This document shows, piece after piece, positions 21,516 through 32,579 of a DNA stretch of 64,000 bases. Location of the stretch: contig CAWJQQ010000009.1 of the NCBI GenBank assembly GCA_963845065.1, positions 800,001 through 864,000 of the forward strand. The letters run 5' to 3'. Source of the DNA: Nitrospirota bacterium (lineage in GTDB: Bacteria > Nitrospirota > UBA9217). Under the pieces are notes generated by a model that was not told the DNA's origin, did no database searches, and was given only the letters and a program-made list of their open reading frames with translations. The translations under genes and the position numbers were made by a program. Numbering within the stretch: the stretch's first letter is position 1; each line of letters starts with the position of its first letter.

Positions 21516-22682
21516 CTACAATGCGCATATGGAATCTAATTGAGCTGCCGTAAAAGTCTGTGGGGTAGCACCGGCAATTGAGACTGTTACTAACTCATTG
21601 GGCAAGAAAGTTACGATCACGTTCGAGTTGATCGTTACGAGCCCTGCCTGTGTTAAGCCGTTGGAATCGAACTGTATGTTGTTAGTCGTGATAATTGAGA
21701 AAGTACCATCAAAACACTCTTCCGGAGTTGTTACAATGTCAAATGTTCCGTTTATATTTAGATAATTATTTCCTGAAGCGGCCGTTTTATAAGAAATTAT
21801 AAAATTCGTAAAGCTTACCGTGTTGTTGTAGTTGACTGTCGAATCGGTATCGGACACATAGAAGGTTATCGATTGAGAACCATTAATGGTCAGGGTGGCG
21901 ACATTATCGCTTGCGATATTGTTCGTTGTAGTAGTCAATTCCGAGTTGGCAGAAAGATTTATCAAAGTATCGAAATCATGGGTATGAAGGACATAGTTCC
22001 ATTCCTCAACTGTACCCGATGCGGCAATCGTATCCGTCGTAGGTGAAGTCGTGTTTGTTGTAAATAACATGTCGATGGTGGCTTGGTACATGTCGATAGC
22101 TGTTGTTGATGTGGCAGAGGCAAAATCAGTTACCGTGAAAGGGCTGCCAGAAGATCCGATCGTATAGACTTCTGCCGTTCCAGATGAGATTTGCATTTGA
22201 CCATTGGATAACATGGAACCATCTAAGCAGGCATTATAGGTCAGTGTATAAGTTGAAACGCCGTCGTAATCCACAGTTAAGCTGTTTATGCTATTCTGAG
22301 GAGCCGTTGTTGACAGCCCAGTTGCGCAGGAGTACGCAATGGGAAATCCTGTGGCAGATGCCTTAATAGCTTGTACTTTACTCAGAGCAGGGCTAAAGCG
22401 AGCAACAAATTTGCTCACTGCCGTTGCTTTGACATTAGTCTCAGCAAATTCTTTTAGACTGTGTGCGGCCAGACTAACACCCGTACCCCCTGCAGACGCT
22501 AAGTTCGAAAGTTGAACATTCGTGTTTAAAACGTTAAGTGCGGAAGTTACGCTTTCTGAAGCAACCTGTGCACCTTGAGTGGTTGTGAGGTTACTATTAC
22601 CTCCTTTTCCACATGCTGCAAAAAAAATTAATAGGCCAAGTACTATTATCGTTATGAGTGCAAAGAGACCAAATGTTTTCAT
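21516..22682 (-). CDS. Hypothetical Thr/Ser-rich lipoprotein
   Basis: Lipobox FAAC-GKGG; beta-rich composition; family not recognised. Confidence 0.75.
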   Translation of the reverse strand: MKTFGLFALITIIVLGLLIFFAACGKGGNSNLTTTQGAQVASESVTSALNVLNTNVQLSNLASAGGTGVSLAAHSLKEFAETNVKATAVSKFVARFSPALSKVQAIKASATGFPIAYSCATGLSTTAPQNSINSLTVDYDGVSTYTLTYNACLDGSMLSNGQMQISSGTAEVYTIGSSGSPFTVTDFASATSTTAIDMYQATIDMLFTTNTTSPTTDTIAASGTVEEWNYVLHTHDFDTLINLSANSELTTTTNNIASDNVATLTINGSQSITFYVSDTDSTVNYNNTVSFTNFIISYKTAASGNNYLNINGTFDIVTTPEECFDGTFSIITTNNIQFDSNGLTQAGLVTINSNVIVTFLPNELVTVSIAGATPQTFTAAQLDSICAL

Positions 22683-22919
22683 GCGACCCCCTTTGTGTAA
22701 TACAAACAAGCCGCTCTGCGGCAAACGAGCAAGTCATACTTTCCGTGCCCATCCCTGCTTCGTCTGATGTTTCCTGATTAATTACTATGCTACCATACAT
22801 CTCCAGTGTAGTTCAATCTTATTGAACAAAGAGAGTACGATCATGGAAAATTGGTTCGAGAAGTCCCCGGTTGGCAATCAGCCTGGTGCAAGGAGCGCTC
22901 AGAAGAGCCAAACGCGGTG

Positions 22920-23065
22920 TGGGTAATGAGAAACGTGACTTTTCCGTGAACATATTGCGTTATTCAACGCGACCCACTTGCTCGATGCCGCCGCGAATCT
23001 GTGCGCGATCCAGTGGTCTATGGGTCACGATCGACTTGAAATCTCGATGATCTATCTCCAACTGT
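22920..23065 (+). pseudogene. Tyrosine recombinase C-terminal relic
   Basis: ILRYS/ATHLLDAAANLCAIQWSMGHDRLEISMIY resembles the HxLRHS-ATHLL-LGH-TxIY catalytic boxes. Confidence 0.6.
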
Positions 23066-23099
23066 TGCCAGGGGTCGGATGCCTTCAAACTCGTTGACT

Positions 23100-23440
23100 A
23101 GTTCATTATAGGGTTTTCATCATGGAAACGGTCAATGACATTGCTCGCGTCTTTGTTCCGAAGTACATATCGTGGGTCCAGCGAGGTATAAGCTATACTT
23201 GATGAACATATCAAAGCGATAACCTCCCGCCTGATGATGATTACGAACCAGGTTAATGCCTTTTCCTCAGGAGAATTACGATCTTGGCCAAGGTCATTCA
23301 CTCGCCATCGGTAAGCCGGAGAAGGTATTTGAGTTGATTTCGTAATATACGGTTTCCAGTCCACAGGTATTCGTTACGCAGAAGCAATTCCTGATCAATA
23401 GATTCAAAAATAAAGGCAGGCAGGTGTTTCCAGTCCTCAT
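23100..23440 (-). pseudogene. Possible relic of an integrase-core (rve) transposase N-terminus
   Basis: SIDQELLLRNEYL fragment; remainder frameshifted. Confidence 0.35.
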
Positions 23441-23861
23441 GGTACTCCCATTGCTAGGATTTTGGAAAATAGCGGGGAGAGTATATACGCTTCACGAGGT
23501 GAGTTCAAGAGTAAAAAAAGGGAGGAACCAAGCAGTCAGAATTATTATACAAAATTATGGTTTTGAATTTATTTGGCATTCAATTGTAACGTTTTTTTTA
23601 CATTGACTTTCCTCTGCCCGTGATGGCGTATCAAATGTCTGCTAAAAAAAACAGTTTCAAGCTGATCCAAAACATTTTTAATCACGGAAGTTAGACCCCG
23701 TAGCTTTGTGCTACGGGGTGTCTTACGTTTTGGTTCCAACTAGGTTACGCTCCCTGCTTACCTGCTGGTTTCAATTCCCGGCAGGTGAAAACGAGTTAAG
23801 CGGGTTGTTAATCTACATGTTGCAGTTAAAGACCGACAGGCGTCTTATAATACATAAATGT

Positions 23862-24416
23862 TTATCCAGCTTGCTTCATATGATGATCTGAATGTGATTT
23901 ATGCATTAGCTCGGTCAGTTTTTTCCGCTGGTCTGGCGTTAACTTTGCTTTAATTTCTTCGCGCGCTTTAATCACATTAAGTATCATGGTGGTTTTCAAA
24001 CCTTCGATCTTTTTTACTTGCGATTCGACGGCACTCATGTCCACGCTGTCCTTGTGGAGCAACTCGCGAAGCTCAATTCTTGCGATCTCTATGTCGGCTC
24101 GCTTCTGGATCATATCCTTCTTCAGGGTACTACGAATATCGTGTATAGCGGTTTTTTGGGCGTCAGTAAGATCAAGCTGTTTAAAAGCTTGCCATAGATG
24201 ACCGTGCCTACCGTGGTGAATGCCTGTCTGCCCTCTTTCACACCCGTGGAATGGCGCTGGCCTGCTGCACTGCGACATGGGATCACCATGTTCGTGACCC
24301 TCATCGGCATAAGCATTATTTGCTAGTGAAATCTGTGTTGAAATCAATAAACCCAAAGAGAATAAACCCCCAACGACAAAATATCCATACTTCCGTACTG
24401 CTTGCAAACCAACCAT
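23862..24416 (-). CDS. Spy/CpxP-family periplasmic chaperone or metal-binding protein
   Basis: Signal peptide; LDLTDAQK and LTPDQR (LTxxQ) motifs; His-rich ends. Confidence 0.85.
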   Translation of the reverse strand: MVGLQAVRKYGYFVVGGLFSLGLLISTQISLANNAYADEGHEHGDPMSQCSRPAPFHGCERGQTGIHHGRHGHLWQAFKQLDLTDAQKTAIHDIRSTLKKDMIQKRADIEIARIELRELLHKDSVDMSAVESQVKKIEGLKTTMILNVIKAREEIKAKLTPDQRKKLTELMHKSHSDHHMKQAG

Positions 24417-24884
24417 TGTTTTTTCCTCCTTCTTAAAATAATTTTGACGAACAGCACCCGGCTTTTGCATAATCTTATTTACTTATTTCGAAAGTCATAG
24501 TATAGACACAGATAATGTGAAAAGGTTTAATCCAAGTTTCAGGTGAAACAGTTTGATATACGTAGAAGGAAAAAGGTAAGGCATGCACATGTTAAAAAGA
24601 AGGAGAATGGCCTAAAATTCTCTACTCGTGTTTAAAATTGTCCCCAACTTACTCCCTAAAGTTTTACGATCGGACAGCATGTTGCATATTTGTGATAATA
24701 TTCGTAAATAGTTTTTTGTTTGCCGCAATCTTGCAGACGATAAAGGAGGTAAATTTAAATTTCAGGAAGAAGATCATGATAAGAGCCATAAGAAAATCGG
24801 TTCATTATTTATCGCTGTGCATCTTCCTGCGATCTTCATTAAGCCTTCTTGGGATCTGCTTCAAGTAGAATATGGAAATTGTAG

Positions 24885-25030
24885 GTAGGCTAGGGCAGGA
24901 ACTGACCGAAGTAACGCGCGGGGAGATGGAAGTAAGTCGAGCTAAGAGTCATGTTTTCAGGTCGCATCTATCTGTGAACCATGAAACATCCACTACAATC
25001 GCTCTTGCGGTTTAGTGACGGGAGAGTTAA
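24885..25030 (+). mobile_element. Relic tnpB 3' tail / omegaRNA-right end
   Basis: GGCAGGAACTGACCGAAGTAACGCGCGGGGAGAT ... TGAACCATGAAACATCCACT..AGTGACGGGAG resembles IS605/IS607-type 3' ends. Confidence 0.5.
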
Positions 25031-25233
25031 TAATAATGTGTATGATTTCAGTATGCATTCTAATTCGTGGTATAATAACGCCCATCAATAATTCGTGCTA
25101 GCAAAGAGTAACAATGCTTCTTCCTGAAGTTTACGACCGGTGCATCCTGCTGAACTTGTAGACTTCACATGATACTTGAAGTTTAAAAATACAAGACTAA
25201 GTAGTTTAAAATTTTAACGCACCTATTTTTTTT

Positions 25234-26721
25234 ATGTCAAACACAAACGATAAACAATCCCGCGTTCTCTTGCAAAGAATCGCTCGTCATGCGATGATCG
25301 AGCGGGGGCTGCTTCCGGACTTCTCTTCTCAGGCAATTTCCGAACTCGACCAGCTTCATGGTCCAGCGACAAAAAAGGAAAAGGCAACGCGTGATCTGCG
25401 AGAACTACTCTGGTGTTCCATCGACAACGATGACTCACGCGATCTGGACCAGTTGACTGTTGCAGAGGCCATGCCCGATGGAAGCGTTAAAGTTCTGGTC
25501 GCAGTCGCTGATGTAGACGCTATGGTAAAAAAGAACTCAGCGATCGACGAACACGCAGGCAAGAATACTACGTCGGTATATACTGCTGCCATGATCTTTC
25601 CAATGCTGCCAGAAAAACTTTCGACGGACCTTACATCTCTCAACTATTCGTCAGAACGGCTTGCGTTGATCATTGAATTGATTGTGGGGGCGGAGGGGGC
25701 ACTGCTGCGTTCCGATGTGTATGAAGCGATTGTCCGAAATCATGCAAAATTGACCTACAACAGCGTTGCAGCCTGGCTTGAGGGCATTGGTGCAATCACA
25801 TCAGGAATCAGCGCCATTCCAGGTCTTGAAGAGAACCTCCGGATCCAGGACCGCGTCGCCCAGCAGCTGAAGCAACTCAGACATGAGCACGGCGCACTTA
25901 CTCTTGAAACGGTGGAGGCAAGGCTGGTGTTTGACGCCGATGAACTCAAAGATTTTCAGGCCGAACGAAAAAACAGGGCTAAAGACATAATCGAGGACTT
26001 TATGATCGCGGCAAATGGCGCGACGGCACGTTTTCTCTCCGCTAGGGGTCTGCCATCGTTCCGGCGCGTGGTCCGAACACCGAAGCGGTGGGATCGGATT
26101 ATAGAGCTGGCCAAAGACCATGGCTACGTGCTTCCCGAGGATCCTGATGCAAAGGCTCTGGAGGCGTTCCTCATTCAGTCACAAAAGGCTGATCCGCTCC
26201 GATTTCCGGATCTTTCCCTTGCAATCATTAAGCTGCTTGGCGCTGGTGAATATGTGCTTGAAGTATCGGGAGGCGATACAAGCGGTCACTTTGGACTTGC
26301 GGTCCAGGATTATTCCCACTCCACGGCCCCGAACCGCCGCTATCCGGACCTGATCACACAGCGCTTACTGAAGGCAGCCTTGGCCGAACAGCAGATGCCG
26401 TACAAGAACGGAGAGCTATCGGCACTGGCAAAACACTGCACAGAAAAAGAAGACGCAGCAAAGAAGGTCGAACGACAGGTCAGAAAATCTGCGGCGGCAT
26501 TGCTGCTGAAGCACAGGATCGGGGAGCAATTCGATGCCATCGTAACGGGCGCTGCGGAAAAAGGTACCTGGGTCCGACTTCTTGATCCGCCTATAGAAGG
26601 AAGGCTGACGAGCGGTTTCGAAGGCATCGATGTGGGCTACAGGGTCCGCGTTCAGCTTATGCACACGGATGTGGAACGCGGCTATATTGACTTCAGGAGA
26701 GTCGGGAAAGGAAAGTCATAG
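25234..26721 (+). CDS. RNB-domain exoribonuclease (RNase II/R family, short form)
   Basis: SIDNDDSRDLDQ, IEDFMIAAN and HFGLA..YSHSTAPNRRYPDL motifs; C-terminal S1-like domain. Confidence 0.9.
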   Translation: MSNTNDKQSRVLLQRIARHAMIERGLLPDFSSQAISELDQLHGPATKKEKATRDLRELLWCSIDNDDSRDLDQLTVAEAMPDGSVKVLVAVADVDAMVKKNSAIDEHAGKNTTSVYTAAMIFPMLPEKLSTDLTSLNYSSERLALIIELIVGAEGALLRSDVYEAIVRNHAKLTYNSVAAWLEGIGAITSGISAIPGLEENLRIQDRVAQQLKQLRHEHGALTLETVEARLVFDADELKDFQAERKNRAKDIIEDFMIAANGATARFLSARGLPSFRRVVRTPKRWDRIIELAKDHGYVLPEDPDAKALEAFLIQSQKADPLRFPDLSLAIIKLLGAGEYVLEVSGGDTSGHFGLAVQDYSHSTAPNRRYPDLITQRLLKAALAEQQMPYKNGELSALAKHCTEKEDAAKKVERQVRKSAAALLLKHRIGEQFDAIVTGAAEKGTWVRLLDPPIEGRLTSGFEGIDVGYRVRVQLMHTDVERGYIDFRRVGKGKS

Positions 26722-26848
26722 TGGCAAAGAAGTAATAGTACCATGATCGCTAGAAAGCCATTTTCTTTTTTAATTATTTATCGTTTTTCTTAATTGATGC
26801 TTTAGATAATTTAAAAATCTTCATTCCATCAAGCCTAGCGATTGATGC

Positions 26849-27340
26849 ATGAACCTATGGAGAACGAGGGTGTTTCAACATCGTCTTTATATCGCTTTAA
26901 TGACTGTAATACTGCTGCTTTTTATAGGAGCTTCCTTTCAGAGGAACCGCGTTTGGCAAGACGAGGCGTGCGTTTGGAAGGATGTAGTGACAAAGAGCCC
27001 TGGTAACACCCGGGGGTACTTTAACCTCGGCTGTATCTACGCGAAACACGGTTGGTTTAAGGAATCCCTCAATATGTTTGACAAGTCTCTTACTGCAAAT
27101 CCCGAGCATATTGAAGCCTATGTTAGCCGGGGAAATGTGTATGACGACATAGGTTTGATGAATGAGGCGCTCAAAGATTAAAACCGAGCGATCACGATGA
27201 ACCACTGCTTACTTTGAAGGCGGTCTGTTATTTGAGAGGCACGGAATGAGTGACAACGCTCGGGCTGATTATAAAATGGGGTGTAATCTAGGATTCACTC
27301 CGGCGTGCAATGCGCTGCAGGCGGCGTTTAAAGAATAAAG
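26849..27340 (+). pseudogene. TPR-repeat protein, truncated by a nonsense codon and frameshift
   Basis: RNRVWQDE..VWKDVVTKSP and TPR repeats; TAA at 27179-27181 falls inside a TPR whose reading (NRAI) continues. Confidence 0.6.
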
Positions 27341-27430
27341 AAAATAGCGTTCTGAAATGGACTAACATCTCATACTGTAAAAAAAACGTGATCGTCATGC
27401 CTCCATTTATTATTTTGTATTTTATCTCAA

Positions 27431-28916
27431 TGCGCCGTAAGACCCCGGCCGTGAGGCCGGGGATATAAGGCGCTGGTTGTGAAGAAAACAAAGAATTGCT
27501 ATTTTCACGATACATTGACAATTGTTCACCTTCCTGATATAATTACCACCATGACTGATCGAGCAAAAGAGCCCGATGTACAAACAATGACTGTCGTTGG
27601 TAAAGCATTGGTATCGGACGACAGCACTGCTCTATCGCTCGGGCTGCTTGGTTTTTCCGCAACGAAGCTTTGGAACACCGCTGTGTGGCATACCAGGAAC
27701 GTCTGGATGGCCACGGGGAAAATACTCACCTACCCCGGAGCTTGATATTGCTCTTAAACAAGAGCATCCGCTCTGGTATCGCCGGCTGCACTCCCAGAGC
27801 TCTCAGGCAATCCTGGAAGAGCTTCGGCAGTCCTATCAATCATGGTTTGCACTCCGTAATAAAGGAGATAGGAAAGCCAACCCCCCTGGTTTCAGACGAA
27901 AAACTGATCTGTCAACGGTGACATTCAAACAAAGAGCCGTCACGTGGAATGAGCGTACCTCCATGGTGCGCCTCAGCATCCCGAAGGACATCTACGGAAA
28001 ACAATTTCTCTTTCTGAAGCTCCGCCTTCCTAACGGCACACGTCTTACCGAGGACAATGTCCAGATAGGCCGTCTGGTACATGATAAAGGCATGTGGTTT
28101 GTCCACCTGGTCTATACGATAACGCTCCCCGTATTGAAAGGAGAAAGGGAAACGATGGCAGCCGATCTTGGTATGAAGGATATGGCTGCCACGGCATGCA
28201 CGGATGGAAGCACATCCCTTTGGCCAGGCGGTGAGTTGGCCGCTCTCGAGCGGTACTTTGAAATGCAAAAGTCAAAGACGACCAACAGCAAGTCCCGGAA
28301 ATCAGGTGCGTTGAACCAGAAACGGTCTCGTCAGCGTTCCCACCTGCTCCACAGCTTTACCAAATCTCTTGTCCGCGATGCAGGAGCTCGCGGTGTCTCC
28401 ACGATCATCGTGGGGGACCTGAAGGACATCAGAGAAGGCAAAGACTGGGGAAAGAGCGGAAACCAGCAGTTCCATAAATGGCCGTTTGACCGGATCGTCA
28501 GGATGCTCACGTACAAAGCCAGACTCAAAGGCATCCGTGTTGTAGAAGAAAAGGAGCACTACACGAGCCAGACCTGCTGTGTATGCAACACAAGGGATAA
28601 GGCCAGCCGTGTGCATCGTGGCCTCTACGTTTGCAAGCATTGCGGCGCCGTAATTCATGCTGACGTGAACGGAGCAATCAACATTCTTAAAAAGTATCCC
28701 CCGGAACACAAAGGTGTCTCCTGGAGTAGTGGCTGTTTGGCACAGCCTTCGGTCAACCGGTTTGCCTGGAGAAATACCAGGCCAGCAGCATCAGCCCATG
28801 AACCGGGGACGTGGCAAACATCTCTGCCGCATCCGAAAACAGAATCAGCATTGGCTCTCAGTAGCAGGAGAGCCTGATTCGGGAATCCCCGTCCGTGAGG
28901 CCGGAGAGGATATCAA
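27431..28916 (+). mobile_element. TnpB-only IS605-family element
   Basis: Left-end hairpin CCCCGGCCGTGAGGCCGGGG; right end GAAT+CCCCGTCCGTGAGGCCGGAG..TCAA; left boundary approximate. Confidence 0.8.
27551..28877 (+). pseudogene. tnpB: TnpB with a single-base frameshift
   Basis: KLWN N-terminus is in one frame; LHSQSSQ, PPGF, ADLG, YTSQTC..C and HADVNGAINI are in another. They join if one C is removed at 27733-27736. Confidence 0.85.
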
Positions 28917-29200
28917 CTTGGTGCAAGATGACTGGCATTCTATTGTGGATTTGTGTCATGAGTTCATTTGCATCGGTAGTAATGATTGTTGAAGTAAAGA
29001 TTTTCTCACATTCAGGTGATTTCCAATTGTTATAGAGACCCGCGAAACCCATTGGGTTCTTTGATTTGAGGCGGGTATAGTAGGTATCTTTACCTTGTCT
29101 ACCTTCATCCATTTATAAAACGCATCGGCAGGGATGAGGCAACGGTGATTTCCCAGGACGGCAAGAATCCCCAATGCTTGAAATAAGGCAGTTCTTCTTC
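28917..29200 (-). pseudogene. yedK: SOS response-associated peptidase (SRAP/YedK) fragment
   Basis: RCLIPADAFYKW, FAGLY..W and TIITTDANELM..IHNRMPVIL; cut at the IS right end. Confidence 0.8.
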
Positions 29201-29377
29201 CCGTTATTAACGACAATTGGAATATTCTGAGCCGGTGCAACATTAATAATTGGGCTTAATGTCGAAATATATTTCGTCTATCTGAAATATTTGGGCAATA
29301 AGCTCAATAGCAGCATGTATGTCAAATCTTCCGCACATGAATCGATTATACCACGGGAACTATTCCTAAGATTGGGC

Positions 29378-29407
29378 TTGACAAGTGAACTATCGTTCAC
29401 TTATAAT
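29378..29407 (+). promoter_or_regulatory. Sigma70 promoter with a LexA-type operator in the spacer
   Basis: TTGACA (29378)-18 nt-TATAAT (29402); palindrome AAGTGAAC-TATC-GTTCACTT (29383-29402). Confidence 0.85.
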
Positions 29408-29413
29408 AATCCC

Positions 29414-30007
29414 ATGCCCAGAATTACTGACAAGGTAGAGCTTCAGAGCCGCATCCGTGAGATTGAGCTGTTTTACCGAAAGAACGGCAGGATGCCAAGT
29501 TATGCCGAGATTGGCAATTTGCTGGGGTTCAGCTCGAAGAATGCTGTGTCCAGACTAGTAGAGAAACTGGAAAAGCTTAATGTAGTTATCAGGGACAAGA
29601 CAGGCAAACTGGTTCCTAAATCGATGGCCATGCCGGTAAAGGTGCTCGGCACAGTTGAAGCAGGGTTCCCTAGTCCTGCTGAGGAAGAACTTGTAGATAA
29701 CCTTTCACTCGATGATTTACTGATTCAGAACCGAGAAGCTACCTTTCTCCTGAAAGTCAACGGAGATTCGATGACAGGAGCGGGAATTATGCAGGGGGAC
29801 ATGGTAATCGTTGATAAGGGATTGACTCCAAAGAGCGGGGACATCGTTATTGCACAGGTTGACGGTGAATGGACAATGAAGTATCTCCGCAAGCGTGGAG
29901 ACAATGTTACCCTCATCGCCGCCAATCCCAAGTATCAGCCCATCAAGCCTATAAACGAACTCAAGATCGCCGGTGTAGTCACCGCCGTAGTCAGGAAGTA
30001 TCAATAA
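29414..30007 (+). CDS. lexA: LexA-family repressor (S24 autopeptidase)
   Basis: wHTH MPSYAEIG..LGFSSKNAV; cleavage site AGFPSPA; GDSM serine and TMKYL lysine. Confidence 0.9.
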   Translation: MPRITDKVELQSRIREIELFYRKNGRMPSYAEIGNLLGFSSKNAVSRLVEKLEKLNVVIRDKTGKLVPKSMAMPVKVLGTVEAGFPSPAEEELVDNLSLDDLLIQNREATFLLKVNGDSMTGAGIMQGDMVIVDKGLTPKSGDIVIAQVDGEWTMKYLRKRGDNVTLIAANPKYQPIKPINELKIAGVVTAVVRKYQ

Positions 30008-30029
30008 TCTTCAATTAATATATTAGTGA

Positions 30030-31068
30030 TGCTGATACGTTAAAACTTGCTCGGGGAATTTTTAAACACATCCTATCGAAACACAGAAAGCCCTCTATGC
30101 TGCATATCAATATGACGCTTGATAGTAAAGTAGCGTTGGTATCCGATAAGACCCCAGAACAAGCAAAGCATTTCGACCATTGGGTCCGGTTCTCTACACT
30201 GGAAAAGAGAAAGCCTGTCTATATCCCGATTAACAGTAACAACTATTATGAAAATATTCCAGGAACGGTAAAGAAATTCGTATAAGTCAATGTTTCTGAG
30301 GCAGAAGTCTCTTTTTCATTCGTTAAGGATGTACCGGCAAATAAGGATTACTTACCTGAAACATCCAAGCTGTCTCTTGATCTGGGTTTTGCTACGCTCT
30401 TCGCAAGTAATAAAGGCGATCTTTTTGGCAGAACCTTTTTAAAAAATATGATGCTCTCATTACGTCATTGGCGCAGAATGGGCAGCGGCAAGGGATAAGA
30501 ATCCGGTCACCACGCTACGATAATTTAGTCGTCAATCTCCGAGAATTCATGAAAAACTAGATTAACCGGGTATTGAACCGCGCCGTTGACATTCACAAAC
30601 CTGTGGAACTCACTGTAGAGCGCCTTGAATTCAGAAGCCCCGAGCTTTCAAAACGAATGAACCAGCTTATATCGAGATTTGGAAATCCATAGTCAACACC
30701 AAGCTTGAATCTCTAAAGTCGACTTTTGGCATAAAGATCACTGAAACTAACCATTCTATTCATCTCAGGAATGTTCTGTATGCGGCTATGTGGATAAAGG
30801 CAATAGAATTACTCAATCGCAATTTCCATGCAAATGTTGTAACGCAGAATTTCATGCTGATGTAAGCGGAGCTCGTAATCACCGTGCCAGAAGTTCTGAT
30901 ACGGTCATCAACGTTTACAAAAGCACGAAATCAGTACTTCATATCATGACCGAAAGATTCCTGTCAAATATGGAGCGTAGTACACACCACCATAGAATGG
31001 CTCCGGGCTTACTGTCGTCGAATCCTTATTTTGCAGGACCGCTGGCACAGCCCAAAGGGGTTTTATAG
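30030..31068 (+). pseudogene. tnpB: Degraded TnpB-family nuclease with multiple stops and frameshifts
   Basis: FDHWVRFSTL, LDLGFATLFA, VERLEFRSPELSKRMN, SSQECSVCGYVD and CKCC..HADVSGARN. Confidence 0.8.
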
Positions 31069-31145
31069 GTAGTAATGGTTTTCTATAAAAATTCGTACTA
31101 TCACCCGATTCCGCTTTAATCCTCCTCGTAGGATAGGTGCCAGTC

Positions 31146-32459
31146 ATGGATAATCAGCCGATCAACATTTTCTCATTTCCACAAGCCATTCTTCATCTTG
31201 ATGCCGATGCCTTTTTTGCATCTTGTGAGCAGGCGATTCACCCTGAACTAAAGGGAAAGCCAGTGATAACGGGCAAGGAACGGGGAATTGTTGCGGCTGC
31301 GAGTTATGAGGCAAAGGCGAGAGGCGTTCAAAGGGGAATGCGCTTGTTTGAAGTAAAGAAGGTCTGCCCTGATGCTATCATACTCCCATCTGATTATGAG
31401 ACGTACAGCCTCTTTTCTATCCGTATGTTTGAGATACTGAGACGGTTCTCTCCTGATGTAGAAGAATACTCGATTGATGAGGCTTTTGTGGACTTGACAG
31501 GACTCAGAAGAAGCTTTCACGGATCCTATGAATCTATTGCGGAGAAGATGAGGAAGGCAATCGAAACTGAACTGGGTATCACCGTATCCGCAGGAGTTAG
31601 CTTATCTAAGGTTCTTGCTAAGATAGGTTCAAAACACAAGAAGCCGAACGGACTTACAATCATTCCGGGCAGGGAAATTCACCTGTTCTTAGACAAACTC
31701 CCTGTTGAGAAAGTTTGGGGAATAGGAGCGAACACATCGGCGTTCCTAAAGAAACATGGTATACTGACAGCTCTACAGTTTGCCAAAAGGGAAGAAGGAT
31801 GGATAAGCAGATATCTTTCGAAGCCCTACCATGAGATATGGCATGAGTTAAATGGTAGGAGCATCTATCCCGTTACCACGGAAACCAAGAACAGTTATCA
31901 GTCTATCAGCAAGGCAAAGACCTTCACCCCTGCATCAATGGACGAAATCTTTGTCTTTGCACAGCTATCAAAGAACCTTGAGAATGCCTGCATCAAGGCA
32001 CGGAAATATCGATTAGTTGCCACACGTCTTATCATTTTTCTGAGGCAACAGGACTTTACGAGCAGCGGCGTCGAAATTAAATTGAGCAAGCCGAGTGCCT
32101 ACCCAATCGAGTTATTTGAACTATTGCGAAAAGGATTCCAGCAAATCTTTAACGCCAAAGCCTTGTATCGTCAGACGGGCGTGGTGCTATCGGGGATGGT
32201 AGCAGAGAACGGAATACAGTACACATTGTTTGATGATATTACAAAAATTGAGAAAATGTCGAAAATATATGCAAGCATTGACAGGATTTCTGAAAAGTAT
32301 GGGAAACATACTATTCAACATGGTGCAAGTTTACCTACGAAATTGCAGGCGCAGCATGAAGGGGAACGCGGAGATGTGCCTCAACGAAAAAACGCACTGT
32401 TTAATGGGGAGAATAAGCGGCAGAGACTTGGGTTGCCGTTATTGCATATAAAAGTTTGA
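31146..32459 (+). CDS. dinB: Y-family DNA polymerase IV
   Basis: HLDADAFFAS, AASYEAKARGV, YSIDEAF and VWGIG motifs. Confidence 0.93.
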   Translation: MDNQPINIFSFPQAILHLDADAFFASCEQAIHPELKGKPVITGKERGIVAAASYEAKARGVQRGMRLFEVKKVCPDAIILPSDYETYSLFSIRMFEILRRFSPDVEEYSIDEAFVDLTGLRRSFHGSYESIAEKMRKAIETELGITVSAGVSLSKVLAKIGSKHKKPNGLTIIPGREIHLFLDKLPVEKVWGIGANTSAFLKKHGILTALQFAKREEGWISRYLSKPYHEIWHELNGRSIYPVTTETKNSYQSISKAKTFTPASMDEIFVFAQLSKNLENACIKARKYRLVATRLIIFLRQQDFTSSGVEIKLSKPSAYPIELFELLRKGFQQIFNAKALYRQTGVVLSGMVAENGIQYTLFDDITKIEKMSKIYASIDRISEKYGKHTIQHGASLPTKLQAQHEGERGDVPQRKNALFNGENKRQRLGLPLLHIKV

Positions 32460-32579
32460 CCGATGTTTCTCCTTAAGGAAACGGCGCAGAAACTACACAT
32501 GATTTAGCGGTGGGAGTACTTGAAAGTGCTGGGATAACTCGGCATATAAACAGAATCAGAATGAGTTTTGTTTTCACAG

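Noticed and set aside
29291..29413. N-terminal extension of LexA in the ORF track
   Set aside because: It overlaps the promoter and operator; LexA similarity starts at ATG 29414.
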